This document shows positions 7,971-17,354 of a stretch of DNA of 57,753 nucleotides, piece by piece (position 1 is the first letter of the stretch; every line of letters begins with the position of its first letter). Source of the stretch: a virus (lineage: Duplodnaviria > Caudoviricetes); IMG/VR virus record IMGVR_UViG_3300037156_000089, positions 1 through 57,753 of that record; one strand, written 5' to 3'. Below the pieces are notes generated by a model. That model saw only the letters and a list, made by a program, of their open reading frames with translations. It did not search any database and had not been told where the DNA came from. Made by a program: the position numbers and the translations under genes.

Positions 7971-9401
7971 TCAGCCCTCCACAGTCGCGTCGGACATGGC
8001 GTCTTTGGCCTTGTCCCAGCCTTCGACCCAAGCATCAGCCTCGGCCTTGCGCGCGGCGGTCCGATATTCAGCCGGGATCGCGCTGCGCTTCGTCTGCGCT
8101 TGGTTCGCGTCCCATCCCGCTTTCATCGCAGCGAGCGCAGGGTCTACATTCGGGGCAGGGGCCTCCTCGTCATCCCAAGGTGCAGCGGCGTCATCCGCGG
8201 CCTTCGCAGCGAGCAAAAGCTCCGGCAGGATCGGCTTGACGTGCTCGGCGTATTCCTCTGGCGTGATACTCTTCGCCCAAAGGCGGAGGCGGTTCGCGCC
8301 TTTCGCGGCCTTGGCGCGCGCGGTGGTCGCGACCTCGTGTTCGGCGGCAGTGCCATCGTCAGCTTCGGGCTCAACGATATCGCCAGCCACGGGGCCGAAG
8401 TCATCGACGATCGTGTCGGCCTTCACTTCCTCCGCAATCTCTCCCGTCTCCGGATCGTGCGCGGGCTCCAGTTCGGCCTTGGCGGTAGGCGTGGCGGTCT
8501 CCGCCGCAACGAAGGCAGCATCAAACCCTGTCGATGCCTTTGGGCCGCTGGCGGGGCTCGGGTCGCCATCGGTGACGATCTTCGGGGCCTGGTCGGACAG
8601 CGGGTTCGCGACCACTTGGTGTGCCGCCGCCGCAGTCTGACGGGTCGAGAACATCTCTTCGACGGTCGCTTCGCCGTTTTTCAGCGCGGCAAACATACCT
8701 CGGAGGACCGGGATTTTATCTAGACCAATGTCGTCAAGCCCTTGCACGGCAATAGCCGCAAAGACTTGCTCCGGCTTCACGCCGTAATTAGCAAAGGCCT
8801 TGAGGCTCTTGTCCCGAGTTACAACCAGGGTCTCGATTGTACCCGCGACAACCTTCCGAACGGCGTCTTCTGCCTGTCGCCAGACCGGCTTCGGAACCCC
8901 GCCCAAGATCGCATTGCGCTTTGCAATCGAACAGGCGGCATTCCCGGTCACAATAATCATATCGTCCGAATAGAGGCGTCCCTTGGAGTCCACGATACGG
9001 CGGCGAACCCGTGCCATCGTCGCACTGTTCGTTTCCAAATCGTGATAGACGCCTTCCGCCTCAACGAACTTCTCGGTCCGGTCGACATGGACGACGCGCG
9101 CCGCGACTCGACAATTGCCCCAACACTGTTGGATGATCTCGGCAAGGCGGATGGACGGCCCGGTGATCGGCTTCCCGCCTCGTGGCAGGGCATAGGTGCA
9201 TTCTTCCGCCGTCATCTCGTCCAGCGTCGCGAGCGTGAAGATTGCATCCGTTGCGCGCTTGATCGAGCGGGGATAAGCCCGTGCGGTTGCGATTTGCTGG
9301 TCAATCTCGGCGCGGGTCAGGCCGATTGCCAAGCTTTGATCCGGGGCCGTCATTTCAATGACTTCGCCGTCTTGCGTGATGATTTCGTTCTTATTTTCCA
9401 T
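7971..9401 (-). CDS. Putative ssDNA-annealing recombination protein with acidic, Ala-rich tail
   Basis: AEIDQQIATARAYPRS..YALPRGGKPITGPSIRLAE; sits directly after the exonuclease gene. Confidence 0.6.
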   Translation of the reverse strand: MENKNEIITQDGEVIEMTAPDQSLAIGLTRAEIDQQIATARAYPRSIKRATDAIFTLATLDEMTAEECTYALPRGGKPITGPSIRLAEIIQQCWGNCRVAARVVHVDRTEKFVEAEGVYHDLETNSATMARVRRRIVDSKGRLYSDDMIIVTGNAACSIAKRNAILGGVPKPVWRQAEDAVRKVVAGTIETLVVTRDKSLKAFANYGVKPEQVFAAIAVQGLDDIGLDKIPVLRGMFAALKNGEATVEEMFSTRQTAAAAHQVVANPLSDQAPKIVTDGDPSPASGPKASTGFDAAFVAAETATPTAKAELEPAHDPETGEIAEEVKADTIVDDFGPVAGDIVEPEADDGTAAEHEVATTARAKAAKGANRLRLWAKSITPEEYAEHVKPILPELLLAAKAADDAAAPWDDEEAPAPNVDPALAAMKAGWDANQAQTKRSAIPAEYRTAARKAEADAWVEGWDKAKDAMSDATVEG

Positions 9402-9406
9402 GACGA

Positions 9407-10405
9407 TCAAGTCCTTCCGAACCAAGCGGGCATTTCTTCAACGAACAGCTCATTCACCGGGCTCGCGACGACCCAAGGCGTGTCGGGGCCAAACTGCTCC
9501 ATGTGGCTGCGATAATTGGCTTCGGCGCGGGTGATCGTCGCTCGAGCGATGTCGTGAATTCCGTTGCCGGGAGAGATTGAGCAAGCCCATGTCAGGGGCG
9601 CCCCTTCAGCCTGCCAGAACACGAAAACCCATGCGAAGGCGTCAGCATCGGCAACCGATTGAAGCCATGCTGGGTCGACTTCGCCGCTGACATTCCCAGC
9701 GGCGATCAACTTCCGCATGGCCTCTCGGCCTTCACGGTAATGCTCGACTTGAACGTCATAACGGTATTCGGAAATGGCGCGGCGGCAGGCTTCCGAAAAT
9801 TCAATGGACCTAGAATTGCGGATCGACTTCAAGTCCACAGTCGCGCGGACCTTCACGTAATCGAGCCGGCACTTTTTCCGCACACCGTCCTTGACCCAAA
9901 AGACCGAAACTTCAGCCCGCCCGCCGCTGAAGGCATCGGACAGATAGGGGTTTGCACGGATCATGGCAGAGGCTTGTTGGATGCGATCAAAGTCCGCACG
10001 CTTCAGCGCCGTCTTGCCGAGCACGGCAATCAATTCGCGTTCCACCTTCCCGGCCTTGATATTCCCCGGGTAATCGCAAGGCGCGTATTGCCGATCAAAT
10101 ACGGACCGCCCCTCAAGAACATTGGAGTGGACCGCGCGGCCGAAGATTTGCGCCGTGGTAGGATCGCCATCAGCTTCCCGGAGCGGGTTCAGCGGGGAAT
10201 CAAACCAGTAATCAGCTGGAGAATAGGCAAGGCGCTTCACATCACCGGAGCCGAGCGCGGCATCGCCGTGATAGTCCGCTTCCGGCATTCCGAAATAGAC
10301 CCCCGGCTCAACTGGCTCCCGAGCCAGTTTCTCGACTTCTGCGTTTGCGATCACGGCAGCAGCGGCGGAGCCAAGCGATGTCACGGGGAAAGTGGCGATA
10401 TTCAT
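9407..10405 (-). CDS. PD-(D/E)XK exonuclease, RecE/exoVIII-like (DUF3799-type)
   Basis: PGVYFGMPEADYH; FGRAVH; EVSVFW..KCRLDY..VDLKS; YRYDVQ. Confidence 0.8.
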   Translation of the reverse strand: MNIATFPVTSLGSAAAAVIANAEVEKLAREPVEPGVYFGMPEADYHGDAALGSGDVKRLAYSPADYWFDSPLNPLREADGDPTTAQIFGRAVHSNVLEGRSVFDRQYAPCDYPGNIKAGKVERELIAVLGKTALKRADFDRIQQASAMIRANPYLSDAFSGGRAEVSVFWVKDGVRKKCRLDYVKVRATVDLKSIRNSRSIEFSEACRRAISEYRYDVQVEHYREGREAMRKLIAAGNVSGEVDPAWLQSVADADAFAWVFVFWQAEGAPLTWACSISPGNGIHDIARATITRAEANYRSHMEQFGPDTPWVVASPVNELFVEEMPAWFGRT

Positions 10406-10572
10406 TTGCGTTCTCCGGTTTGCTTGGATTTCTGTTCAGGCGCGTCGATCTCGTCGTCTTTGTCGGGCGGGTAGGGCAGGCGGCGGGATTTTCGGCGCCG
10501 CTCTCCGGCCTCGTAAAAGCGAGCGAGCGCTGCTTCAAAGGCCGGGTTGGGCGCGTCGTGCCGGGATTTCAT
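10402..10572 (-). CDS. 56-aa hypothetical protein (not in ORF track)
   Basis: MKSRHDAPNP...GERK; ATGA overlaps at both ends. Confidence 0.5.
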   Translation of the reverse strand: MKSRHDAPNPAFEAALARFYEAGERRRKSRRLPYPPDKDDEIDAPEQKSKQTGERK

Positions 10573-11060
10573 TGCGCGAGATCCCGGTAACGGACGGGCT
10601 GCTCATCCTCGTCGTCGGGCTCGTCATCAGGCGCGGGGCGCGGAGCAGGCCCGAAGATCAGCCAAGCAATCGACAATGCCGCGAGCGTTCCGATGAAGTA
10701 GAGAGGCCACAGAGCGGGCGCCGGGTCGGCATTGGCGAGCGAAGCCGCATGGGCGGTGCCGGGCCAGAACGCGACCAGTGCAATCGCCGGCGCCAGTGCC
10801 GCGACATAGAGGGCTGCGGCAATCGGATCGGCATTAATCTCATGCTGGCGCAAGCGCCGGGCCTGTTCGGTGACAAGATCGAGAAGGCTCATGATGTCGC
10901 GAGGGGCATATTTGCCAACTAGCGCGTGGATGATCGCGCGCTCGTCGCCGAGGTCGCAACCATGCGGCAGGTCGTCGATCATGCTCGCGAGCATTGCGCG
11001 CTCGAGACCAGAGAGGATGCGCGGGGCAGGAATCGTCCGGCGGCGGGCGGTGGCGGCCAT
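10569..11060 (-). CDS. Hypothetical membrane protein
   Basis: Two hydrophobic segments; acidic tail. Confidence 0.6.
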   Translation of the reverse strand: MAATARRRTIPAPRILSGLERAMLASMIDDLPHGCDLGDERAIIHALVGKYAPRDIMSLLDLVTEQARRLRQHEINADPIAAALYVAALAPAIALVAFWPGTAHAASLANADPAPALWPLYFIGTLAALSIAWLIFGPAPRPAPDDEPDDEDEQPVRYRDLAQ

Positions 11061-11437
11061 CAGCGTGCCTCCGCTTTCGTGACTGCATCGCGGGCAAACT
11101 GATAGGCGGATTCCATCGAAGGGCAGGCGAACTTCGGATCGAGCGGCCCGTCTGGTCTCGCGGTCTCTGATACTTCCGCCATAAGCATCTTTAGTGCTTC
11201 CAGCGGGTCATCTTCCTTGCGGCAACCTTCCTCGCGAGCGGCGATCATGGCATCGGCGATGCGGTACGCGCCGTTGCCGTAATAATCCCAATCGGCGCAG
11301 CCGGGGCCTCTGATGGACGCGGCAAGCCCGGTGAGCGCCTGCCCGGCGAACCAATCGCGGATGGTCATTCCGTTATGGCCATTCGCATCATAGTTACGGG
11401 GAAACGCGGGCTCGTTCTTCGGCGTATCGGCGGCCAT
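11060..11437 (-). CDS. Conserved phage protein (GMTLRDYFA family)
   Basis: PAFP..GMTIRDWFAGQALTG..AYRIADAMIAAR. Confidence 0.85.
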   Translation of the reverse strand: MAADTPKNEPAFPRNYDANGHNGMTIRDWFAGQALTGLAASIRGPGCADWDYYGNGAYRIADAMIAAREEGCRKEDDPLEALKMLMAEVSETARPDGPLDPKFACPSMESAYQFARDAVTKAEAR

Positions 11438-11769
11438 CATACCTCCCCCCTTGCCATGTCTCGATCGTGTTCCAAATCCTCAGCAGCGGCAGCACAAAGC
11501 GCGTCTGTGTCGAGGTTTTCGGTGATGATTTCTTCGAGCCACTTTGGGCAGTCGAGAGTGATCGTCGCGCCAGCCTTCGGGCCGGGGTAATAGATCGAGA
11601 CCGACTGAACTTCGACAGAGTCGGGTTCCGCCGGATGGCCCGGATAGTTCATATCCCCCATGTGCGCGGCGATGCCCGCGTCATAGGTGAACGTGATGCA
11701 GGCCATGACCTCCGAGCTGCCGCCGCCCGCACAAATCTCGATTGAAGTGTCGTGCGTGTGCTTGCTCAT
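11437..11769 (-). CDS. Hypothetical acidic phage protein
   Basis: Start MSKHTHD at 11769; YPGHPAEPDSVEV. Confidence 0.6.
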   Translation of the reverse strand: MSKHTHDTSIEICAGGGSSEVMACITFTYDAGIAAHMGDMNYPGHPAEPDSVEVQSVSIYYPGPKAGATITLDCPKWLEEIITENLDTDALCAAAAEDLEHDRDMARGEV

Positions 11770-11873
11770 TGTCCCGCCCCCGTATTTTTTTGGTCGAAGA
11801 GATGCGTGAGCGCGAATGCCGAAAACATCAGCGCGGGAAAGGCGAAGAGGAAGAAGGTGGCGAAAGCGAACAT
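11766..11873 (-). CDS. 35-aa hydrophobic peptide (not in ORF track)
   Basis: MFAFATFFLFAFPALMFSAFALTHLFDQKNTGAGQ; GAGG RBS; coupled at both ends. Confidence 0.55.
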   Translation of the reverse strand: MFAFATFFLFAFPALMFSAFALTHLFDQKNTGAGQ

Positions 11874-12124
11874 CAGGCGGCCTCTTGAACTTGGCTCGCC
11901 AGATAGGCGGCGCGTGCAACAAGGCTCGGCTGTGCAGCGAGCGCGGCGTTGAGCGCGGCGGCGGCGGCTTCGATGAGGGCGGGCGGCGTGTCGCGCTCAA
12001 AAAACAGGTTCAAATCGCTTAACCCGAGCGGCTCCTCTCGGAGCGAGAGTGTGGAAAAGCTACCCGGCACGACATCGGCGGTGACTGTTGCTGTTTTCGA
12101 GAAGTGATAATTACAGGCGATCAT
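11873..12124 (-). CDS. Hypothetical protein
   Basis: GGAGG RBS; ATGA overlap. Confidence 0.6.
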   Translation of the reverse strand: MIACNYHFSKTATVTADVVPGSFSTLSLREEPLGLSDLNLFFERDTPPALIEAAAAALNAALAAQPSLVARAAYLASQVQEAA

Positions 12125-12462
12125 GTGCGTGCCTCCGATTGAGCAAGGATCGCGGCGCGCGCCGCAAAAGAGCGGGCGGTTTCATCGATCATGTCGGCGC
12201 CAAACAGCGCGGCGCGGCGATCAGCGAGGCGGGCGCTGGCCTCGGGCGTCAGCAGCGCCTCAGCGCGAGCGGCCTTAGCAAAGGCCCACACAAGGCGGAG
12301 GTTCGCGGGGAAGGCTTCGCGGTATGTCGTGGGGGCAAAGCCCGGCAGAAGCGGGCCACTGACCTGCCCACGGCAGGAGCGCGCGGCCTCGGCCATGATG
12401 GCCCGGCGGTTGAAGCTCAGGTCGGCGTTTAGAAGGGGGTGGGGATGGCTGCTGCTGAGCAT
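12121..12462 (-). CDS. First gene of the PL operon, hypothetical
   Basis: AGGAG RBS directly after PL. Confidence 0.65.
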   Translation of the reverse strand: MLSSSHPHPLLNADLSFNRRAIMAEAARSCRGQVSGPLLPGFAPTTYREAFPANLRLVWAFAKAARAEALLTPEASARLADRRAALFGADMIDETARSFAARAAILAQSEART

Positions 12463-12488
12463 GTCGGTCGCTCCTTGGGTGTGGAGCG

Positions 12489-12541
12489 AGTATCCAATAT
12501 GGAAACTATGAGGTCAAGCGAGAAGTATCGGATTTGGAAAC
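12489..12541 (-). promoter_or_regulatory. PL-like promoter with two 17-bp operators (OL)
   Basis: Minus strand TTGACC-17nt-GATACT; GTATCCAATATGGAAAC (12490-12506) and GTATCGGATTTGGAAAC (12525-12541). Confidence 0.8.
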
Positions 12542-12740
12542 TTTTTTAGTTGAGCCGGTGTGAAGGGGTGCTAAAACAAAATGCCAGGCGCTAGGCAAAT
12601 CAGTTCATGCGTCAAGCGCGGCCCGTTCTTCGGGCGCCACAGTGACGGGGCTATCGGCCGGAAAACCTCGCCCCGTCACTGCCCAAACACCGCGTTGAAG
12701 CGCGGCGCCCTATCAATCCGGCTTTAGAGGAGCCAAACTG

Positions 12741-13454
12741 ATGCTTCAGCATATCACGACCAACGACGGGGGCATGCCGTCTGCGGCGACGCCTAGCAGC
12801 CTCACGATGTCGAGCCGCGAAATCGCGGATCTGCTCGAGAAGCGCCATGATAACGTGAAGCGGACCATCGAGACGCTCACGGAGCGATCCGTGGTCCATC
12901 CTCAAATTGAGGATGAACAGGAATGCGACGCTCTCGGACGGGTAAGAAGCACGCAAGTCTACCGCGTATGCAAACGCGACAGCTTCGTCATTGTCGCTCA
13001 AATGTCGCCCGAGTTCACGGCCCGCGTCGTGGATCGGTGGCAAGAGCTGGAGACACAGCTTGCATCTGTCGCCATGCCGAACTTCTCCGATCCCGTCGCG
13101 GCGGCACGGGCATGGGCGGATCAATACGAGGCTCGCGTGATCGCGGAGCGGAGGAAGGCTGAGATAGGCACTCGTCGGGAAGCAACGGCGATGAATACCG
13201 CTAGCCAGGCGGTCAAGAAGGCCAACCGGCTCGAACTCGAATTGGACCGGTCCAAGCAGTACGCCAGCGTCAAGCGCATGTCGCTGCTTTATCACGGGCA
13301 GGAATTTCAGTGGCGGACACTCAAGCACGTCTCGGCTGAGATGGATATGCCAGCGATTGATGTCTTCGACGCCAACTACGGGACAGTGAAGGCATACCAC
13401 GCCGACGTGTGGCAGGAGGCATACGCGCTCGGAATCCCGGAGGGCAGCGCATGA
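12741..13454 (+). CDS. rha: Rha-family regulator / antirepressor
   Basis: TMSSREIADLLEKRHDNVKRTI; FTARVVDRWQELE; PNFSDPVAAARAWADQYE. Confidence 0.85.
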   Translation: MLQHITTNDGGMPSAATPSSLTMSSREIADLLEKRHDNVKRTIETLTERSVVHPQIEDEQECDALGRVRSTQVYRVCKRDSFVIVAQMSPEFTARVVDRWQELETQLASVAMPNFSDPVAAARAWADQYEARVIAERRKAEIGTRREATAMNTASQAVKKANRLELELDRSKQYASVKRMSLLYHGQEFQWRTLKHVSAEMDMPAIDVFDANYGTVKAYHADVWQEAYALGIPEGSA

Positions 13455-13481
13455 TCATGCCGGAAAACGAACAAGGATCGA

Positions 13482-13958
13482 TTACGGACTGGTTCCCGAT
13501 CTCACGATTTGTGGATTTAAACACCTATCTTCAAAACCCCTCAGAGGGCCGGGAGATAGCGCGCCTGCGCGAAGAGATGACCATACACGAAGCGCCCCCT
13601 CAAGGTGGCGAAGTTTTAGCTCTCCGCCTAGTGTCATGGTTTCGACGTGCCGCGCTAAGCGTTCAGAGATTGTCGCAAGCCCTACAGAGGCGGTCGGATC
13701 GGCTTTATTATCGAGTGCGGTCACAACAGCGCGCTCGAGGATATGCTCTGTGGCTGCAATCACGCGAAGGACTGCCCCAAATCGACGCATCCCTGAAAAG
13801 GAAGTAAGTTCGCGGTGCAGCACCTCAGTGAGTTCCTCAGCCGAGGAAGGCCGGAACTCGAAGCAGTACGCCAGCACGAAGACCAGTATGTCCGATCGGA
13901 TCGTCATCGGAAGCTTAACGAGGAAGTTAGCAACGGTTTCGTCGGGATCTGCCATCAT
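13482..13958 (-). CDS. Hypothetical protein downstream of the repressor (immunity-region accessory gene)
   Basis: Co-oriented, a few nt after the repressor stop; no family recognised. Confidence 0.5.
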   Translation of the reverse strand: MMADPDETVANFLVKLPMTIRSDILVFVLAYCFEFRPSSAEELTEVLHRELTSFSGMRRFGAVLRVIAATEHILERAVVTALDNKADPTASVGLATISERLARHVETMTLGGELKLRHLEGALRVWSSLRAGALSPGPLRGFEDRCLNPQIVRSGTSP

Positions 13959-13965
13959 CAAGGGA

Positions 13966-14307
13966 TCATCCAGCCTTGAGGAGTGTACTTATTACCTTTA
14001 GGGCTCGCTCCCTGACTTCCTCGGGGGCGGCTAGAAGATCGCGGATTTCCTCAGGAGCTTTTAGCAGGAGAGATCGAACATCGTCCGCCTTCGGGTCTCG
14101 TAAAAGGTCCCCAGGCTCGATGTTGAGGCCCTCTGCGCACAATGCGATCCACTTATCGTTGAATCTCTGTGCCCCAGTCTCAAGCTTCGAAATTTGCCCC
14201 TTGCCGGTCCCAATTCTCTCGGCGAGCTGCTCCTGCGTCAGATTGAAGTGGTTCCGCCATTCTGGCAGGAACCATCGAAGGGGCTTTTTCGAACCGATGC
14301 GATCCAT
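13966..14307 (-). CDS. cI: CI-like XRE HTH repressor, short, with no S24 peptidase domain
   Basis: EWRNHFNLTQEQLAERIGTGKGQISKLETG; divergent from cro; start at 14307. Confidence 0.85.
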   Translation of the reverse strand: MDRIGSKKPLRWFLPEWRNHFNLTQEQLAERIGTGKGQISKLETGAQRFNDKWIALCAEGLNIEPGDLLRDPKADDVRSLLLKAPEEIRDLLAAPEEVRERALKVISTLLKAG

Positions 14308-14341
14308 TCTGACAGCATAGGCGACGCCACAGCAGACGTCG

Positions 14342-14411
14342 TTATCCGGAATGGAAACTTTTCTGCTTGACGAGAGGTTTCCAATTTGGATACCATCGTG
14401 GTTATGGAAAC
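14342..14411 (+). promoter_or_regulatory. PR/PRM region with OR operators
   Basis: TTGACG (14367)..TACCAT (14391); GTTTCCAATTTGGATAC (14377-14393), TTATCCGGAATGGAAAC (14342-14358), half-site over the cro ATG. Confidence 0.8.
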
Positions 14412-14631
14412 GCACCCCATCAAGTCCTTTCGGAACTCCACCGGCCTCTCTCTTGAGGACTTCGGCCAACGTGTTGGCGTCAAGAAGGCCGCCGTTTGTA
14501 AATGGGAACACGGCAAAGCACCGTCTCCTGCCTGTGCTCAGAAAATTGAAGAGGTGACAGAAGGTGCTGTCCCCCGCTGGAAGTTGCGGCCCGATCTTTG
14601 GTCTGACCCCAACATCGGGGCCGCCGCATGA
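14404..14631 (+). CDS. cro: Cro-like (YdaS-type) HTH regulator
   Basis: LSLEDFGQRVGVKKAAVCKWEHG..IEEVTEGAVPRWKLRPDLW. Confidence 0.85.
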   Translation: METHPIKSFRNSTGLSLEDFGQRVGVKKAAVCKWEHGKAPSPACAQKIEEVTEGAVPRWKLRPDLWSDPNIGAAA

Positions 14632-14683
14632 CCCTAGACCGCATCATCATCCTTTCCACCCCCTCGAAAAACGCAGGTGAAGC

Positions 14684-14971
14684 ATGGCCGACTTTATCGA
14701 AGACCACATCGAAACCAACCTTCTGCCAAGCGGCCTCTCCCGCCGCGACCGGACGACCGTTACTCGTGAGCGGAAGCGTGACGTTTCCGTGCATGAGACC
14801 AATGGCGGCGTCGTCCAGCTGTTCCTCGGCGAATTTCGCAACCAGCCGCTCGGGCCAGAAGCGCGCGGCGAATTCCTCGACATGTCGCCAGCCGACGCCC
14901 GCCACCTGGCGCAGGTCCTTATTGATGCTGCTGACCGCAGCGAGGCTCGCGCAGGTTGCGTCGCCGCTTAA
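14684..14971 (+). CDS. Hypothetical protein
   Basis: AGGTG RBS; MSPADARHLAQVLIDAADR motif. Confidence 0.6.
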   Translation: MADFIEDHIETNLLPSGLSRRDRTTVTRERKRDVSVHETNGGVVQLFLGEFRNQPLGPEARGEFLDMSPADARHLAQVLIDAADRSEARAGCVAA

Positions 14972-15228
14972 GGCGCGTCGTCTGGGCCAAACACCTTTGA
15001 CCGACGACGTCCGTGGTCCTCCAATTTTTGCAATAGGTCCGCCATGGTCGCCCTCGAATCCTCGTGGACCCATTCGTCGACTAGGAACTCCAACCCTTGG
15101 TCGCCAGATGCGCCATCGATCAGGCTGTCTTCCAGCTCGCGCCGCTGCGCCTCGGGCATCCGGCGGATCACTCGCTTCAGGGCTAGCTCGATCATGCGGA
15201 TGCGGGCCTCGGTTTCGGCTCGGTTCAT
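14968..15228 (-). CDS. Hypothetical protein antisense to the early right operon
   Basis: GGAGAG RBS before ATG 15228; helical and charged. Confidence 0.5.
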   Translation of the reverse strand: MNRAETEARIRMIELALKRVIRRMPEAQRRELEDSLIDGASGDQGLEFLVDEWVHEDSRATMADLLQKLEDHGRRRSKVFGPDDAP

Positions 15229-15503
15229 GTCTCTCTCCATCGGCTGATTCGCACCCCGATGGTGACGGGAGTCGGGTCGCCCCACAAGGCGACCTGACGC
15301 TCCCTTCTGTCTGCCCAGTGATCTCTGACGCCAATCTGATGCTCGCTGGGCTTCTTCTGTGCATCCATGATTAGCAACACTTCCCAATCGAGGGTCGTGA
15401 CTGGTCTCTTGTTCTCTTCCATCTAGTCCCCGCGTTTCCCCAATTCTCATGGAAACACGGGCATCTTTGCGGATTTGCAATCTTCCCATGTGAGGTGTTT
15501 TCC

Positions 15504-15830
15504 ATGACTCAGTACGTCAAGAAAGCCCAACAAATGGCTCACGCTCTCGTCGCTCGGGAAACCATCAGCGGCAGGGACACGGGCGAGGCGATGCGGATCG
15601 CGTCTCGGAAGTACGGCATTCCTTACAACGCGCTTTGGTCGCTTCGCTATCGCGCCCCGAAAGACATCTTCGCCAGCATCTATTTCGCAATTTCCAGCGC
15701 GCACGAGGCCATGTGTGACCAGCAACGTCAGAAACTTGAACACGAACTTTCCGTCGCCAAAGCGCGCGGGGCTCATCCGGATTTGCTTCGCGAGGTTAGC
15801 GCTCTCGGCGGCGTGCACGAGCCGGAGTGA
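15504..15830 (+). CDS. CII-position HTH regulator
   Basis: GAGG RBS; AMRIASRKYGIPYNALWSLRYR; position after cro. Confidence 0.65.
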   Translation: MTQYVKKAQQMAHALVARETISGRDTGEAMRIASRKYGIPYNALWSLRYRAPKDIFASIYFAISSAHEAMCDQQRQKLEHELSVAKARGAHPDLLREVSALGGVHEPE

Positions 15831-16085
15831 CGATCACGAAGGGTCGTTCTTCTGGGGCCTATTGTGCGGCGGCGGCCCCTTAATCCTGCTCTGGGCGCTG
15901 ATCTATCTCGCAGTGCTCGCAGTCCGATGGGCGGTGTCCTGACAGCCACTCACGCATTCAAACCGGGCTCGTGTTCGCTCGGTTCTTAGTTCCCCAGAGT
16001 ATTCATCCCGCATCGCAGCAATGCCGCAACCCTGACGCGTCTGTCTAGGGCGATTTGTTGCACCTGTACTCTTAAAAACCGGAGC

Positions 16086-16439
16086 ATGAAAATGAACATC
16101 ACCCTCAACGATGGCGAGCAGTTCGCAATCGAAACCGCAATCGAAAACGCTTCTGCCGTTCAGGCTGCTGCGGCGGCCTATTTCGATCGCATCGGACAGC
16201 CTGGCATGGCGGACTCGATGCGCCTTTCGCAGAACTACCAGCGCACCGTTCGCGAGATCCTGGCGAGCAAAGGGATGGTGATCAGCGCCCCGAAGGTCTC
16301 GGTTCGCTCTGTGGGTTCGCAGGCGGTGGCGGACTCGCTGGCGCGCATGGTGGTCACGTCCACTTCGCCGGAAGGCACGCTCGACCAGGCGCTGTCCCTC
16401 GCAATCAGTGGCCAAGCTGACGAAACGCACGCCCAATGA
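16086..16439 (+). CDS. Hypothetical protein
   Basis: GGAG RBS; phage-typical codon usage. Confidence 0.65.
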   Translation: MKMNITLNDGEQFAIETAIENASAVQAAAAAYFDRIGQPGMADSMRLSQNYQRTVREILASKGMVISAPKVSVRSVGSQAVADSLARMVVTSTSPEGTLDQALSLAISGQADETHAQ

Positions 16440-16595
16440 TCGCGCGCCTCGCCCTTCTTTTTCGCGGGAGGGCGTGGCGCCAAACCCGTCCGGTGGCCCG
16501 CACATTCATCGCCCGGAACGGCTTTTATCACCGCGTCGGCGCGCCATGATCGGGTTCTTAGCAGTCATCATTCTAGCAATCATATGGGGGCTCTC

Positions 16596-16916
16596 ATGAT
16601 CTCTCCGCATACACCGCCGGGGACGAAGGTCGTTTGCATTGATGCGAACGCAAATAGCAACAAGAAGCCTGGGTTTAATTACAAAGGCGACTTGGACGGT
16701 TTGTCTGAAGGGCAGGTTTACACGGTTAGCCATCTCCAAATCGGCGACCAACTTGATCATATGGGCGAATTTGAAGTTGTACTCGTAGAAATTCGACGGC
16801 TCGGCAGCGTTGGGTATCTACTATCACGCTTCCGTCTCGCCGTTCTCCCTTCCTGCCTCACTGACTGCCTGACATCAGCCCCTATCCGCACCCGCAAGAC
16901 CGTAGGTGCAGCATGA
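16596..16916 (+). CDS. Hypothetical protein (SH3-like, GxKVVCID)
   Basis: PGTKVVCIDA..LSEGQVYTV..RFR. Confidence 0.65.
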   Translation: MISPHTPPGTKVVCIDANANSNKKPGFNYKGDLDGLSEGQVYTVSHLQIGDQLDHMGEFEVVLVEIRRLGSVGYLLSRFRLAVLPSCLTDCLTSAPIRTRKTVGAA

Positions 16917-17164
16917 GCGAGATCGGCAGCAACTCCGTCAACGCCGGGCAATTGCGCGCTTTCATCGAACGGGCTGAGCGCCTGCACGAAGAGCGGCAGG
17001 CTATCGCGGATGACATCAGCGAGGTTTTCAAAGAAGCGAAATCCGAGGGCTACGATGTCGCCATCATCAAGAAGGTGATGGGGCTGCGCCGCATGGACCC
17101 TCAGAAACGTCGTGAGATGGAAGAACTTTTGGCGGTTTACTGTTCAGCCCTCGGGGAGGCTTGA
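16913..17164 (+). CDS. gapR: DUF2312 / GapR-like DNA-binding protein
   Basis: AGQLRAFIERAERLHEERQAIADDISEVFKEAKSEGYDVAIIKKVMGLRRMD. Confidence 0.9.
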   Translation: MSEIGSNSVNAGQLRAFIERAERLHEERQAIADDISEVFKEAKSEGYDVAIIKKVMGLRRMDPQKRREMEELLAVYCSALGEA

Positions 17165-17165
17165 C

Positions 17166-17354
17166 ATGAAGCCGCAAATCACCGACGCGCATGTGCACCT
17201 GCGCAAGATCAGATGCGCGGCTCTCACTATCAATCTGGTTTTGGACGCATTCAACTCCGGCCTCGATACATCGGATATCGCCCATATCTACAATGTATCT
17301 GAGGCGGCGGTCTATAATCTGCTGGCGAAGATGGATGGGGAGGTCGCGCAATGA
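17166..17354 (+). CDS. Small HTH protein
   Basis: GLDTSDIAHIYNVSEAAVYN; GGAGG RBS. Confidence 0.65.
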   Translation: MKPQITDAHVHLRKIRCAALTINLVLDAFNSGLDTSDIAHIYNVSEAAVYNLLAKMDGEVAQ

